Shown: positions 1 to 9,733, counted from the stretch's first letter. The stretch is 64,000 nt of DNA from Actinomycetes bacterium (GCA_021796535.1 JAKABW010000008.1:5707-69706); one strand, 5' to 3'. A program made the numbers and translations. Notes: a model not told the origin generated them from the letters alone.

Positions 1-553
1 CGTAATCTTCGTTTAAGGCTTTTCTCTTCTCAACGACTTTTAAGATATGATCCAGAAGGTCCCCGGTACCCCTCCCGTGGAGTGCGCTTACCAAAAGCGG
101 ATCACCGAAACCGAGCGAATAAAACTCGGCGACCAACAATTCCTGTTTCTGAGAATCCACTTTGTTTGCCACCAAAATTACTTTGTCCGACATCCGTCTG
201 AGCAGTCTTACTATGCCTTCGTCTTCAAAAGTAAGACCGGTGGTGACGTCTGCCACAAAGAGTACCGCGTCGGCCTCTCCAACAGCTTTCAAAGCCTGTC
301 CCGAAACCTTTTTGTCAAGCAACGAACCGCCTTCGGCGATACCTCCGGTATCGATAATACGAAAAGGCTTACCCCTCCAGGAAGTCGACAGATAAAGCCT
401 GTCTCTCGTCACGCCCGGCATCTCTTCGACAATGGCGATCCTTTTCCCCACAATGCGGTTCACCAGACTGGACTTGCCGACGTTGGGTCTCCCCACGACT
501 GCTACCGTGATTATATTGCTTGTGCTCTTTTTTACCGCATCATCCAAAGACAT
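1..553 (-). CDS. der: GTPase Der/EngA, N-terminal part. The start is at 553 and the gene runs off the window's left edge.
   Basis: Manual reverse translation from ATG 553 gives MSLDDAVKKSTSNIITVAVVGRPNVGKSSLVNRIVGKRIAIVEEMPGVTRDR...IIDTGG...NKVD. G1 (GRPNVGKS), G3 (DTGG) and G4 (NKVD) motifs are present. It is missing from the ORF track because it has no stop inside the window. Confidence 0.9.
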   Translation of the reverse strand, partial: MSLDDAVKKSTSNIITVAVVGRPNVGKSSLVNRIVGKRIAIVEEMPGVTRDRLYLSTSWRGKPFRIIDTGGIAEGGSLLDKKVSGQALKAVGEADAVLFVADVTTGLTFEDEGIVRLLRRMSDKVILVANKVDSQKQELLVAEFYSLGFGDPLLVSALHGRGTGDLLDHILKVVEKRKALNEDY

Positions 554-562
554 GGTTTACCA

Positions 563-2164
563 TCATACCCTAAGCTCGTCCTGCCCGATGTAAGCGGCAT
601 CAAGAAAGGTTGCGGATACCTCGTCAAGTAATTTTCTGAGCACATCTCCCTCGCTCGAAATGATCTCGACTTTTACTGGCAATTCCTCCGGACGCATGCC
701 ATCCAGAAAAATTCCTTCATTCAGACATACGTCAGGCAAAATATAGCGTCTGTCGGGATCGAGACCGACAAGCACCTTGGCCAGGTCTTCTCCTGTCAAA
801 AGACCTGTAACAGAAGTATTGCCGCCAAAAAAACTGTTCTCGACGGCCAGAATATCCAGATAACCGTGATCTGTCAAAGCGTGGCTGCCTATTGCCTCCT
901 CGAGAACTTTTTTCCCGTAGCGGGAGCTGATCAGAGTAATGGGTAGCGAGGATCTGTCTTTTTTTATGGCCGACTTTTTCTTCCCGTTTTTGCCGATAAT
1001 GACCGGCACCCGGACAAAAGTACCTATCGAAGTATGGTCCAGGCAAGCGTATGCGGCATCTCCGTTCGCAGCCGTATTGATATTCCCGTCGATATCGCCG
1101 CTTCCGCAAGAACGGATGCCTTCTGTTTTATCCCCTGCTCCGTCCGAGTGTTTTGCCTCCCCAAGACGATTGGCCCTGTAGCCATAGTCCGGGGCGCCGT
1201 CCACGGACTGGAAAAAGCCGCCGCGAACGGAAGCTACATGTTGTTTGCCGGAACGAAAACTGTCGACAAAAGCACGGGCCATTCCTATGCCATTTTCCAA
1301 CTGCGGGAAACCTTCGTAGTCTTTTGCCTGCGGAAAAGGACGATTTGCCAGTATATAGTATTCGTCTGCGGCAAATATCATCCTTTTTTTGAGAGTTTTT
1401 TTGAAAATTTGCTGCCAGTATTCCACGGCATCCAAAATGTAGTCTATCTCTTCCGGAGTATGGGCTCTCATTCTTTTTTCGGCACTGTAACGGCTTATCC
1501 CGAGCGGTACCGCCGCCACGGAAGCCAGCTTGGGATACTCTTCCAAAATGCCGGCCAAAGTCTCTTCGAATCTCTCTCCGTCGTTTACCCCAGGACAAAC
1601 GACAATTTGTCCGTGCACCGTGACACCGTTGTCGAGCAGAGCTCTCAAGAATCTGAGGCTTGTAGCTCCCCTCTTGTTGCGCAACATTTCCGCCCGCAAA
1701 TCCGGGTTGGTGGAGTGTATCGACACATAAAGCGGAGACAGACCCTCTTCCGTCACCCTCTGCAGATCCGCTTCGGTAAAACGGGTCAGGGTCGTAAAGT
1801 TACCGTAGAGAAACGAAAGACGGTAATCATCGTCTTTCATGTAGAGACTGCGTCGCATATTTTTCGGCAACTGATAGATAAAACAAAACTCGCAGTGGTT
1901 GTCGCAGGTGCGTATTTTGTCAAATACCGGAGAGGACACTTCTATCCCCAAAGGTATTCCCGCCTGCTTGACAACCTCCGTCTGAAACGTCAGGCCTCCC
2001 CTGGAGAGTTCCAACTCCACAAACGACTCGTCCGCCGCCAGACGGTACTCGATGACGTCGCGCGGCACGATGCCGTTGATCGTGACAATTTCATCGCCGG
2101 GCATAATACCGACCGCGTCGGCGGGAGATTCCTTCTCCACCTTAACTATTACTGGATAAGACAC
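563..2164 (-). CDS. PDZ domain + radical SAM protein (DUF512 family)
   Basis: The N-terminus is PDZ-like (GIMPGDEIVTINGI). A Cys cluster CDNHCEFCF matches the CxxxCxxC radical-SAM motif. A conserved DUF512-type C-terminus follows. The gene sits directly upstream of der. Confidence 0.8.
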   Translation of the reverse strand: MSYPVIVKVEKESPADAVGIMPGDEIVTINGIVPRDVIEYRLAADESFVELELSRGGLTFQTEVVKQAGIPLGIEVSSPVFDKIRTCDNHCEFCFIYQLPKNMRRSLYMKDDDYRLSFLYGNFTTLTRFTEADLQRVTEEGLSPLYVSIHSTNPDLRAEMLRNKRGATSLRFLRALLDNGVTVHGQIVVCPGVNDGERFEETLAGILEEYPKLASVAAVPLGISRYSAEKRMRAHTPEEIDYILDAVEYWQQIFKKTLKKRMIFAADEYYILANRPFPQAKDYEGFPQLENGIGMARAFVDSFRSGKQHVASVRGGFFQSVDGAPDYGYRANRLGEAKHSDGAGDKTEGIRSCGSGDIDGNINTAANGDAAYACLDHTSIGTFVRVPVIIGKNGKKKSAIKKDRSSLPITLISSRYGKKVLEEAIGSHALTDHGYLDILAVENSFFGGNTSVTGLLTGEDLAKVLVGLDPDRRYILPDVCLNEGIFLDGMRPEELPVKVEIISSEGDVLRKLLDEVSATFLDAAYIGQDELRV

Positions 2165-2197
2165 TTAATAAGATTACAGCTAGTAAACTATAGTACC

Positions 2198-3238
2198 GTG
2201 ACAGTAAAAAGGATTGTTTTAGCAGAACCCAGAGGATTTTGCGCCGGAGTGGAGATGGCCATCAAAGCTTTGTCCTGGATGGTCAGGATATTTGAACCGC
2301 CGATCTATTGCTATCACGAGATAGTACACAACCGCCTGATCGTAGAAGAATTCGAAAGACAAGGGGTTATCTTCGTCAACGACATAGCGGAGGTGCCTCC
2401 CTATGCCCCAGTTATGCTGTCTGCTCATGGGTCGGCACCGGAAGTGGAACGACAGGCGGCAGCGGACAACAGGGTGGCCGTCAACGCCGTCTGTCCGCTT
2501 GTCACCAAAGTTCATCATGAACTGAAAATAAGAGCCCAACAGGGGTATACCGTCATCTATATAGGACACCAGGGACATGAGGAAGCCATAGGAACAATGG
2601 CCGTCGCCCCGGCGTCGGTAAAGCTTGTGGAGCACGAAAGCGATCTGGAGAACTTAGACGACGTGACTTCTCCCGTCGCTCTCCTGGCACAGACAACTCT
2701 CCCTCACGACGAATGGAGCGGAATCGCCCAAAAAGCGCGTGAGACGTTCCCCGACATCTGGATGCCCGGAAAATCCGACCTGTGTTATGCCACAACCAAC
2801 AGGCAGGCTGCCCTCAAAACCATCGTGGACAAATGCGATGCTGTTGTGGTCATAGGGTCAGCCAATTCGTCAAATACCGTTTCTTTGGCCCACGTGGCCG
2901 AAGCGGCCGGGTGTAAGCGCGTCCTGCGCATCGACTCGGCTTCCCAGCTGCCAGACGATTTGGACGGAGTCGTGGGAATAACCGCCGGCGCATCGGCTCC
3001 GGAATGGCTGGTGGAAGAAGTTATCGACGCTTTAAACCCGTCGGATGGCGTAGAAGTACTCAGATCTACGGACGAAGACGAATACTTTCCTCCCCCCAGG
3101 GATCTGAGAGAACTGATAAGCGCCATGACGGCCGCACTGCAAATCACCATACCCATAAAAAACGAGCCGGATTCTCCGATAGCGGACGACAAAAACCTAT
3201 CCGCCGTAGACATGCTGCTGCAGGGACATCAATTGTAA
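2198..3238 (+). CDS. ispH: 4-hydroxy-3-methylbut-2-enyl diphosphate reductase
   Basis: Matches include LAEPRGFCAGVEMAI, SAHG, VCPLVTKVH, GHxxHEE and DLCYATTNRQ. All three cluster Cys contexts are present. I place the start at GTG 2198; the 5' part of the 1034..3238 ORF is antisense read-through of the DUF512 gene. Confidence 0.9.
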   Translation: MTVKRIVLAEPRGFCAGVEMAIKALSWMVRIFEPPIYCYHEIVHNRLIVEEFERQGVIFVNDIAEVPPYAPVMLSAHGSAPEVERQAAADNRVAVNAVCPLVTKVHHELKIRAQQGYTVIYIGHQGHEEAIGTMAVAPASVKLVEHESDLENLDDVTSPVALLAQTTLPHDEWSGIAQKARETFPDIWMPGKSDLCYATTNRQAALKTIVDKCDAVVVIGSANSSNTVSLAHVAEAAGCKRVLRIDSASQLPDDLDGVVGITAGASAPEWLVEEVIDALNPSDGVEVLRSTDEDEYFPPPRDLRELISAMTAALQITIPIKNEPDSPIADDKNLSAVDMLLQGHQL

Positions 3239-3400
3239 AAATTTTTATGCCCGACGGACAAGCGTGCTTTGCAAAACCGAAAACGGCTTTTTGCGGCATT
3301 AAAACCGGAGATTTTGTATTTATCGCATTCTATTCAAATATATATTGAGAATACATTTATTTGAGCAACGGACCAACGTGAGCCGGAGGAACTATAAGTT

Positions 3401-4300
3401 ATGGCGTCTGATAACCAACCCGTAAAACCTACAAAGATATTCCGCAATAAATTGCTCGCTTATGCTTTCGGAGAACCTCTGACAGAACGGCAAAAGCGCA
3501 GAATAGCCCAAACGGACGAACTTATAGACTCTCTCGCTCTCAAAGATTTTGAAGATTTTTACGGAAAAATAACCCTTCCGGAAGTCGTCATTATCATAGC
3601 GGCTTACAAGGAAGCTGACAATATCGGTCAGGTGCTCGCTACTCTGCCAAAAACCGTATGCGGACTCCCCGCCAAAGCCATAGTGGTTACCGACGGCGAA
3701 GAGGACGGAACCACCAAAATCGTACGGGAAATGGGGCATTACGGAATTGCGGCATCCGTCAACAGAGGACAAGGGGCGGCCTTGCGCTTGGGCTATCAAG
3801 TCGCCAGAGAATACGGCGCAAAGTACATCGTTACGGCAGACGCCGACGGACAAAGTGATCCCAACGACTTTGAAACCATGTTGACCCCACTGGTCGAAGG
3901 CAAAGCAGAATTTGTCAACGGGTCCCGCCGTCTCGGGACAACCGCTTCCCGGGATGTGGTAAGAAACTCGGGAGTTATTTTCTTTGGCTACCTGATATCT
4001 GTTTTGACAGGCACAAAAGTGACCGATACGGCAAACCCGATGCGGGCCATGGACGCTTCCCTCACGGAGGGACTTACTCTCGCCGAACACCAATTCCAAG
4101 CCTCGGAATTGTTGATTTCCGCCATCATGTCAGGCGTTACTTTTACCGAAGTCCCCATCAACATGAAGGCCAGGGCATCCGGCCATTCTAAAAAAGGCAG
4201 CAACCTGACGTATGCTCTCAATTACTTCCGGGTAGTTATCCGCACTTACGTCAGGGAAAGAAAAGGTCTTTCCTCTACGCGGCTCAAAAAGCCCGAATAG
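3401..4300 (+). CDS. Glycosyltransferase family 2 (DPM1/GtrB-like soluble type)
   Basis: VVIIIAAYKEADNI, a DxD-like TADADGQSD and a typical GT-A fold pattern. Confidence 0.75.
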   Translation: MASDNQPVKPTKIFRNKLLAYAFGEPLTERQKRRIAQTDELIDSLALKDFEDFYGKITLPEVVIIIAAYKEADNIGQVLATLPKTVCGLPAKAIVVTDGEEDGTTKIVREMGHYGIAASVNRGQGAALRLGYQVAREYGAKYIVTADADGQSDPNDFETMLTPLVEGKAEFVNGSRRLGTTASRDVVRNSGVIFFGYLISVLTGTKVTDTANPMRAMDASLTEGLTLAEHQFQASELLISAIMSGVTFTEVPINMKARASGHSKKGSNLTYALNYFRVVIRTYVRERKGLSSTRLKKPE

Positions 4301-4301
4301 A

Positions 4302-5879
4302 TTACAGAGGCTTTATTCCTCTGGCCTGGTCGTATACTTCCTGCAGCCGTTCTTTCAGAACTTTGGAAAGTTCGCTCACCTGGGTTCTGGATACCCTTCC
4401 GCTTTTGGTGTCCGCAATAAAGTTGTCCGGGTAGATGGGCTTTCCTATCACCATGGTAACTTTTGTTCTTTTCGGAAATTTGGCGTGCTTCGGCATGGCT
4501 TTGTCTGTTGCCCCCAGCCCGACCGGCAATATAACCGCTTTTGCCTTTAGGGCGATATAGGACGTACCGTCTTTTATCTCCTGTATCTCGTCGCCTTCAC
4601 AGCGCGTTCCCTCGGGGAAAAGAACCAAAGGCTCTTCGGTGGTCAGAACCTTCAGAGAGGTTTCCAGAGAATCACGGTCCGGAGCATCGCGCCTCACGGC
4701 AAAAGAACCCAGGTATTCGAGAGCTTGGCCGATAAATTTAAAACGCCACACTTCTCCTTTGATCAAAAAGCGAAGCCTTTTGCGCGAAATGCGCGCCACT
4801 ATCATCCAATCGATATAGGACCTGTGCACCGGGGCGATGATGAGAGGTCCGCCTTTGGGAATGTTCTCTTTGCCGTAGATGGGACCTGGGAACATAATCT
4901 TTTGTATGCCCACCATGCTCCAGCGAAATAAGTTGTAGCTGAGCATTCGCACGAAAGGAACCTCTGCGGATGCCGTCGGCAAGACGGCTGATTGAGGAAC
5001 CGGTGTTTTTTCTTCTTCTGTCAAGGGTACCTTCTCCGCTTTTGCCTGCAATTCTTTTATAATATATTCGACTATTTCCTCTATGCTTTTTTCTCCCGTG
5101 TCCACCACCAAAGCGTCATCCACGATTACCAGCGGAGAGTGTTGTCTGTTTTGATCTATCTTGTCCCTGTTGTCCAGCAATCTGGCCTGTTTGCTCAAAA
5201 GGGAATCAAAGGAAGAATCGGAATCGGTGGCGGCGGAAGCGTCGCGGACAGGCTTTTCGCTTTCGGTATTTTGTATACCGCCGCTCTGAGAAAGAACTTC
5301 GTCGGATGTCTCTTTTGAATCGGTTCCCGAAGAGAGTGAGTCCGGCGAAGAGATTTGCTTGGCGCGCCTGGTGGATCTTATCTCGCCGGAAGCCTTGAGA
5401 AATATCTTGAGATCCGCATCCGGCAGCACCACGCTTGTTATGTCCCTGCCCTCCACGACCCCCCCGCCGTGTTCTTTCACCCAGGTTCTCTGTCTTTTTA
5501 CGAGTTCTTCGCGCACTTTCTTGTGTGAGGCCACGACCGAAACAATTTCGTCCACCCGGGCACTGCGAAGCGCCGCAGTGACATCTTCTCCGGAGAGAAA
5601 CCAACGCCCGTCTTCCGTCACAAGCTGCATTTGTTCGGCCAGCGCCGCCGTCGCTTCTCCGTCGGCGGGATCGGTGCCGCTCTCCAAGGCCAAGTGGGCA
5701 ACGGCTCTGTACATGGCTCCCGTGTCGAGCGTTTCGCACTCAAGCCGTTTTGCCAACTCTTTGGCGATGGTGGATTTGCCGGCACCGGAAAGACCGTCGA
5801 TGGCAACGGCAATGCCTCTTTTTGGTTCTTTATTTTCTCTGTCTACGGTTGAAATTGCAGCCTCCGAAAAACTTGACAA
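4302..5879 (-). CDS. cmk: Fusion protein: cytidylate kinase (N-terminal) + 1-acyl-sn-glycerol-3-phosphate acyltransferase (C-terminal)
   Basis: The N-terminus has the P-loop IDGLSGAGKST and TGAMYRA. The C-terminus has the HX4D motif (PVHRSYID), plus FPEGTR and the PlsC family pattern. The kinase part carries a Ser/Asp/Glu-rich insertion, and a Pro/Glu/Lys-rich linker joins the two halves. Confidence 0.85.
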   Translation of the reverse strand: MSSFSEAAISTVDRENKEPKRGIAVAIDGLSGAGKSTIAKELAKRLECETLDTGAMYRAVAHLALESGTDPADGEATAALAEQMQLVTEDGRWFLSGEDVTAALRSARVDEIVSVVASHKKVREELVKRQRTWVKEHGGGVVEGRDITSVVLPDADLKIFLKASGEIRSTRRAKQISSPDSLSSGTDSKETSDEVLSQSGGIQNTESEKPVRDASAATDSDSSFDSLLSKQARLLDNRDKIDQNRQHSPLVIVDDALVVDTGEKSIEEIVEYIIKELQAKAEKVPLTEEEKTPVPQSAVLPTASAEVPFVRMLSYNLFRWSMVGIQKIMFPGPIYGKENIPKGGPLIIAPVHRSYIDWMIVARISRKRLRFLIKGEVWRFKFIGQALEYLGSFAVRRDAPDRDSLETSLKVLTTEEPLVLFPEGTRCEGDEIQEIKDGTSYIALKAKAVILPVGLGATDKAMPKHAKFPKRTKVTMVIGKPIYPDNFIADTKSGRVSRTQVSELSKVLKERLQEVYDQARGIKPL

Positions 5880-5898
5880 TACTGCTTACGACAAGATA

Positions 5899-7251
5899 TC
5901 AATTTTTTTCCAATGCCGTAAAGGCTTCCAGAAAACCGGGCCAACTGGTATCCACGGCGTCAAAATCGTCTATTTCGATTTCAGACAAAGCTTTGACGGA
6001 ATCGGCTTCGTTGCAGGCGGCGATAGCCGCCACGGATAGCGCCATGGCTATCCTGTGGTCATGAAAACTTCTGCAGGGGATTCTCTCCCCTTTGAGTAAG
6101 TTCGCCGGTACCCCGCCGTTTCCTTCTATCACGAGAGTGTCTGCTTCGGTCTTGACGTTTACGCCGAGTCTCGAGAGCCCTTCTTCTACGGCTGCCAGCC
6201 TGTCGCTTTCTTTGGCCCTGAGTTCGGAGGCATCCAAAAACTTGGTTTGCCCGGAAGCGTAAGCAGCGGCGACGGCCAAAATGGGGACTTCGTCGATGGA
6301 ATCCGCCAACAGTTGACCGGAGACGACGGTGCCGCGCAACTTGGCAGATTTTACCAACAGATCGGCGGTATTCTCTCCTCTTTTTGCAACTGTGATATCG
6401 GCTCCCATCTCAAGGAGAACTTTCAAAAAACCGTCTCTGCCCGGCCCCAAGTAAACGTTTTCTATCTCCACTTCGCTGCCTTTCACTATGGAGGAGGCGA
6501 CGGCGGCGAATGCAGCCTGAGAAGGATCTTTTGGCACGTTCAATTTGAAAGGCGGCACATTGCAGGCTCGTAAGCTGACCTTCAGGGAGTGACCGGCAAC
6601 CTCTGTTTCTATGGGCAAACCCAGTATCTGACACATCTCTTCGGTATGACGCCTGGTGGCCGTGTGTTCCCGCACGACGGTCACGCCTTTTGCTCCCATG
6701 CCGGCCAACAAAATTGAGCTCTTGACTTGAGCACTGGGCATCTTCGGAGCGTAGTCGATGCCCGTCAGATTTCCTCCCCTGATTACCAGAGGAGCCAGAG
6801 TTCCCCCGGCCCTGCCGTCCAGAGAGGCCCCCATCTGAGACAACGGCTCAACGATACGGGCCATCGGTCTGCGATGTATCGACTCGTCCCCGATGAGGAT
6901 CGAAAGAAAATCGAATCTGGAAACCACCCCGGCCATCAGGCGCAGTCCCGTTCCGGAGTTGCCCATATCCAGAGGATAAACGGGTTCTTTGGCTCCCGAT
7001 ATTCCCCCCGTTATCAAAACGTCGTCTCCGCCGGCGGCTCCGTCATCCGACAAAGGCTCGATTGTTGCTCCCAAGTTTTGTATGGCGGCGGCGGTGCGCC
7101 TGACGTCATCGCCGCGGGAAAGACCTCTTATCTCCGACTTTCCTTCCGCCAGAAAGGCAAATATCAACATCCGGTGAGAAACAGACTTGTCACCCGGAAT
7201 AAGAGCTTTTCCTTGCAGGGGTTTTCCCGCCGCAATAATTTTATTTGTCAC
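5899..7251 (-). CDS. aroA: 3-phosphoshikimate 1-carboxyvinyltransferase (EPSP synthase)
   Basis: PGDKSVSHR, LGNSGTG-like MGNSGTGLRL and DHRIAMA motifs. Length 450 aa. Confidence 0.9.
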   Translation of the reverse strand: MTNKIIAAGKPLQGKALIPGDKSVSHRMLIFAFLAEGKSEIRGLSRGDDVRRTAAAIQNLGATIEPLSDDGAAGGDDVLITGGISGAKEPVYPLDMGNSGTGLRLMAGVVSRFDFLSILIGDESIHRRPMARIVEPLSQMGASLDGRAGGTLAPLVIRGGNLTGIDYAPKMPSAQVKSSILLAGMGAKGVTVVREHTATRRHTEEMCQILGLPIETEVAGHSLKVSLRACNVPPFKLNVPKDPSQAAFAAVASSIVKGSEVEIENVYLGPGRDGFLKVLLEMGADITVAKRGENTADLLVKSAKLRGTVVSGQLLADSIDEVPILAVAAAYASGQTKFLDASELRAKESDRLAAVEEGLSRLGVNVKTEADTLVIEGNGGVPANLLKGERIPCRSFHDHRIAMALSVAAIAACNEADSVKALSEIEIDDFDAVDTSWPGFLEAFTALEKN

Positions 7252-8401
7252 CGGAATACCTCAGATAAAGATTGTAATTTTTTTCCCTCAGCAGTTTTTT
7301 GGCACCGGGAAAATCTTTTATGTCTATGACCATAACAAGAACGCCGCCGGTCTCTTCTGCCGCATGGACTATTTCCAGGTTGTAAAGGTTGATGCCTTCT
7401 CCCCCCAGAGAGGTGGTGATCTCGGCCAACACTCCCGGCCTGTCCGCAATGTTGACGGCGACTTCGACCAGGTCCTCTGAGGAATTGGCTCTTTGCGGCA
7501 AATTTCTGCGCGCTTTTTGTGCTTCGTGCAAAACCCGGTAAATCCCGTCTCTGTCTTTTTCGGCTATCAAAGACCTCATCAACGAAAGCCTTTCGATCAA
7601 GGAGTCCATCGTATTTATTACGGCGTCGCCGTTGTCTATGAGCACTTCCGGCCAAATGAGCGGGTCTCCGGCAGAAATGCGTGTCATGTCCCGGAAACCG
7701 CCGGCCGCCAAACGCAACAGAGCCGCTTCCCGAAAAGACTGCTCCTGAGCCAAAAGCATGAGATTGGCGGCCACCGTATGCGGCACGTGAGATACCGTAG
7801 CCACCAGTTTGTCGTGTCTGTCCGGCTCCAGGGCCACCGTTTCGGCTCCCAAACCGCGTATCAGAGAAGAAAGCACGGCAAAAGAATGCGGGTCCGTTTC
7901 TTCCGTGGGGGTGAGTACCCAAGTCGCTCCGTAAAAAAGCTTTTCGTCGGCGCCGAGAGGTCCCAGGCGCTCCGAACCGGCCATGGGATGACCGCCTATG
8001 AAATTGGGGTGCCGAACTTCTTTTATAATGCCTGACTTGATGCCAGCCACGTCCGAAACGATCTGGTCGGGATTCACGAGACCGGCCGCGGCAGCTTCGG
8101 CGCGCATCGAAGAAAGCTCCGAAAGTTCTTTTGGATTTTCACTTTCGCCGACCAGTAAAATTTTTGCCACATCCGTGACACCCGATACGGGTGTGGCCAC
8201 AAAAGCCACATCGGCTGTCATATCCAACCCCAGGTCGTCGACAGCTCCGATTTTGTCTGCCGTGGCCGCCGTGGCATGATTTATATCATAACCAGTCACA
8301 TAATAACCTTGCTGTTTCAAAGCCAAAGCGATGGAAGTGCCTATAAGTCCCAACCCGACAATCTGTATTTTTTTTACCTGCTCGGTATTCGAATCCGTCA
8401 T
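7241..8401 (-). CDS. tyrA: Prephenate dehydrogenase with a C-terminal ACT-like domain
   Basis: Rossmann motif IVGLGLIGTSIA, then GGHPMAGSE and a C-terminal ACT-like segment. It overlaps the aroA start by 11 nt, consistent with an operon. Confidence 0.85.
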   Translation of the reverse strand: MTDSNTEQVKKIQIVGLGLIGTSIALALKQQGYYVTGYDINHATAATADKIGAVDDLGLDMTADVAFVATPVSGVTDVAKILLVGESENPKELSELSSMRAEAAAAGLVNPDQIVSDVAGIKSGIIKEVRHPNFIGGHPMAGSERLGPLGADEKLFYGATWVLTPTEETDPHSFAVLSSLIRGLGAETVALEPDRHDKLVATVSHVPHTVAANLMLLAQEQSFREAALLRLAAGGFRDMTRISAGDPLIWPEVLIDNGDAVINTMDSLIERLSLMRSLIAEKDRDGIYRVLHEAQKARRNLPQRANSSEDLVEVAVNIADRPGVLAEITTSLGGEGINLYNLEIVHAAEETGGVLVMVIDIKDFPGAKKLLREKNYNLYLRYSGDK

Positions 8402-8517
8402 TTTTCACCGTTCATAAAATACAAAACCACACACAAATTAAAGTACTCATATGTAAGTTATCATCTTTGAAACAGCGCCATCGTTGCGACGGCGTCATGC
8501 CGCTGGATTTGACCGTC

Positions 8518-8889
8518 TTAGGGCTTTATGTCCGGTCGCAAAACTGTTGCGCCGTGGAGGTAAACGTGTCGTACGTCACTCTTGGGAACGCTCATATAAC
8601 AGTGCATCAGCAGCCTGATGCAAAACTTCGGAGAACCTGCCACTTTTTGTTCCGAGGCTCCCAAAAGCGGCGTGTCCTCCAGACCCATTGACCTGGCTGC
8701 CGAGGCAGGAAAGGCGGAAACAACATCGTCCGTGGTCGTAAAAAGGATACTGACAATATCGTCTTGATCCAAATCGTTCTTGGTAAAAATTTCCCCAAGC
8801 AATTCCTGGGTCTTTTTGGTTACTTCCTCCCGGGTGTCGGCGTCCAGTGTGGTGGCCCCTCTGATCGCCCTCAATACTTTAGTCATCAA
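8518..8889 (-). CDS. aroH: Chorismate mutase, AroH class
   Basis: RAIRGATT start and FTTTDDV are typical of the AroH family. Length about 120 aa. Confidence 0.8.
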   Translation of the reverse strand: MMTKVLRAIRGATTLDADTREEVTKKTQELLGEIFTKNDLDQDDIVSILFTTTDDVVSAFPASAARSMGLEDTPLLGASEQKVAGSPKFCIRLLMHCYMSVPKSDVRHVYLHGATVLRPDIKP

Positions 8890-9647
8890 AATCCGAGCCT
8901 AGCGCGTTTTGGGGAATTGTATGAGGCATACGACAAAAGACGCACCTCTTCGGCCGACAACGGCCTCCAAGCACCGGGGGCGAGGCTCGTGTCGGTTATG
9001 GGACCTATGCGCGTTCTGGCCAGCCTGGCCACCGGATACCCCACTTCGTCGAACATCCGCCGAACCTGTCTGTTTCTGCCTTCGCAAATAACCATTTTGA
9101 TAAGACAGGCGTCCAGGCGTCCCACTTTGGCAGGTGCGGTTGTTACTCCCGGTTCTATCTCCACGCCTTCGCGCAGTTGCCTGAGCGCCAAATTGCTCGG
9201 ATTCCGGAAAGTTTGCACCAAATATTCTTTTTCCACGCCGTGACTCGGATGGGTAAGGGCGTTGGCAAGAATGCCGTCGTTGGTAAAGACAATCAGTCCC
9301 TCCGTGTCATAGTCGAGTCTGCCCACGGAAAAAACCCGCGGCGATTTTGGCAAAATACCGAGCAGGAGCGGTCTGTTTTCCGGATCATATGCGCTTACCA
9401 ACATTTTAGCCGGTTTGTTGACAAGATAGTAAACGAGATCCGGCTCTATCGACACCGGCACACGGTCGACTTCCACCAAATCCCTTGTCGGATCGACGCG
9501 GCGACCAAGTACGGCGACTTCCCCGTTTACTTTTACCCTTCCCCTGTCGATCATCTCTTCGCAGGCCCGCCTCGAACCGAATCCGAGACGCGCCAATACT
9601 TTTTGCAGCCTTACGTTATTTTGATCTTCCGAACCGGTATCAGTCAT
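8886..9647 (-). CDS. rluB: Pseudouridine synthase (RluB/RsuA family) with an S4 domain
   Basis: S4 domain (RLQKVLARLGFGSRRACEEMI) and catalytic GRLDYDTEGL. The longest ORF reaches 9722, but the internal Met at 9647 (MTDTGSED) looks more likely. Confidence 0.85.
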   Translation of the reverse strand: MTDTGSEDQNNVRLQKVLARLGFGSRRACEEMIDRGRVKVNGEVAVLGRRVDPTRDLVEVDRVPVSIEPDLVYYLVNKPAKMLVSAYDPENRPLLLGILPKSPRVFSVGRLDYDTEGLIVFTNDGILANALTHPSHGVEKEYLVQTFRNPSNLALRQLREGVEIEPGVTTAPAKVGRLDACLIKMVICEGRNRQVRRMFDEVGYPVARLARTRIGPITDTSLAPGAWRPLSAEEVRLLSYASYNSPKRARLGF

Positions 9648-9733
9648 GTTTGACTGCCTCCCGGTCGAAAAAGGCGACGGACAAAAACTCTCTCCCGCAA
9701 AACAAATTTTGACACGGCGCAAAAGGAGACAAA

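Noticed and set aside
1034-2197. The 5' two-thirds of the 734-aa plus-strand ORF 1034..3238, overlapping the DUF512 gene.
   Set aside because: The frame is exactly codon-aligned antisense to the minus-strand DUF512 gene. It stays open only because that gene has no TTA, CTA or TCA codons. The translation is Arg/Phe/Val-rich with no motifs. The real gene in this frame is ispH, starting at about 2198.
3271-3294. The hairpin GCAAAACCGAAAACGGCTTTTTGC downstream of ispH, considered as a terminator.
   Set aside because: The GC stem is only about 3 bp, with a bulge and A/T pairs. That is too weak to report as a feature.
3392-4099. Long antisense ORFs inside other confident genes: 3392..4099, 17808..18506, 20274..20936, 45043..45672, 55177..56091 and 59678..60256.
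   Set aside because: Each lies opposite a gene with clear family motifs (GT2, MFS, MFS, GGDEF, tandem GT4, FG-GAP). I checked the reading-frame phase by hand only for the DUF512, infB, 13754-15331 and 62-kb cases, but I expect the same codon-aligned antisense artefact here. None of the translations shows recognisable motifs.
7248-7922. Same-strand alternative-frame ORFs: 7248..7922 within tyrA, 16796..17494 within the MFS gene and 5206..5739 within cmk-plsC.
   Set aside because: The translations are Arg/Gly/Ser-rich frame-shifted products. The annotated frames carry the family motifs, so I see no evidence for overprinting.
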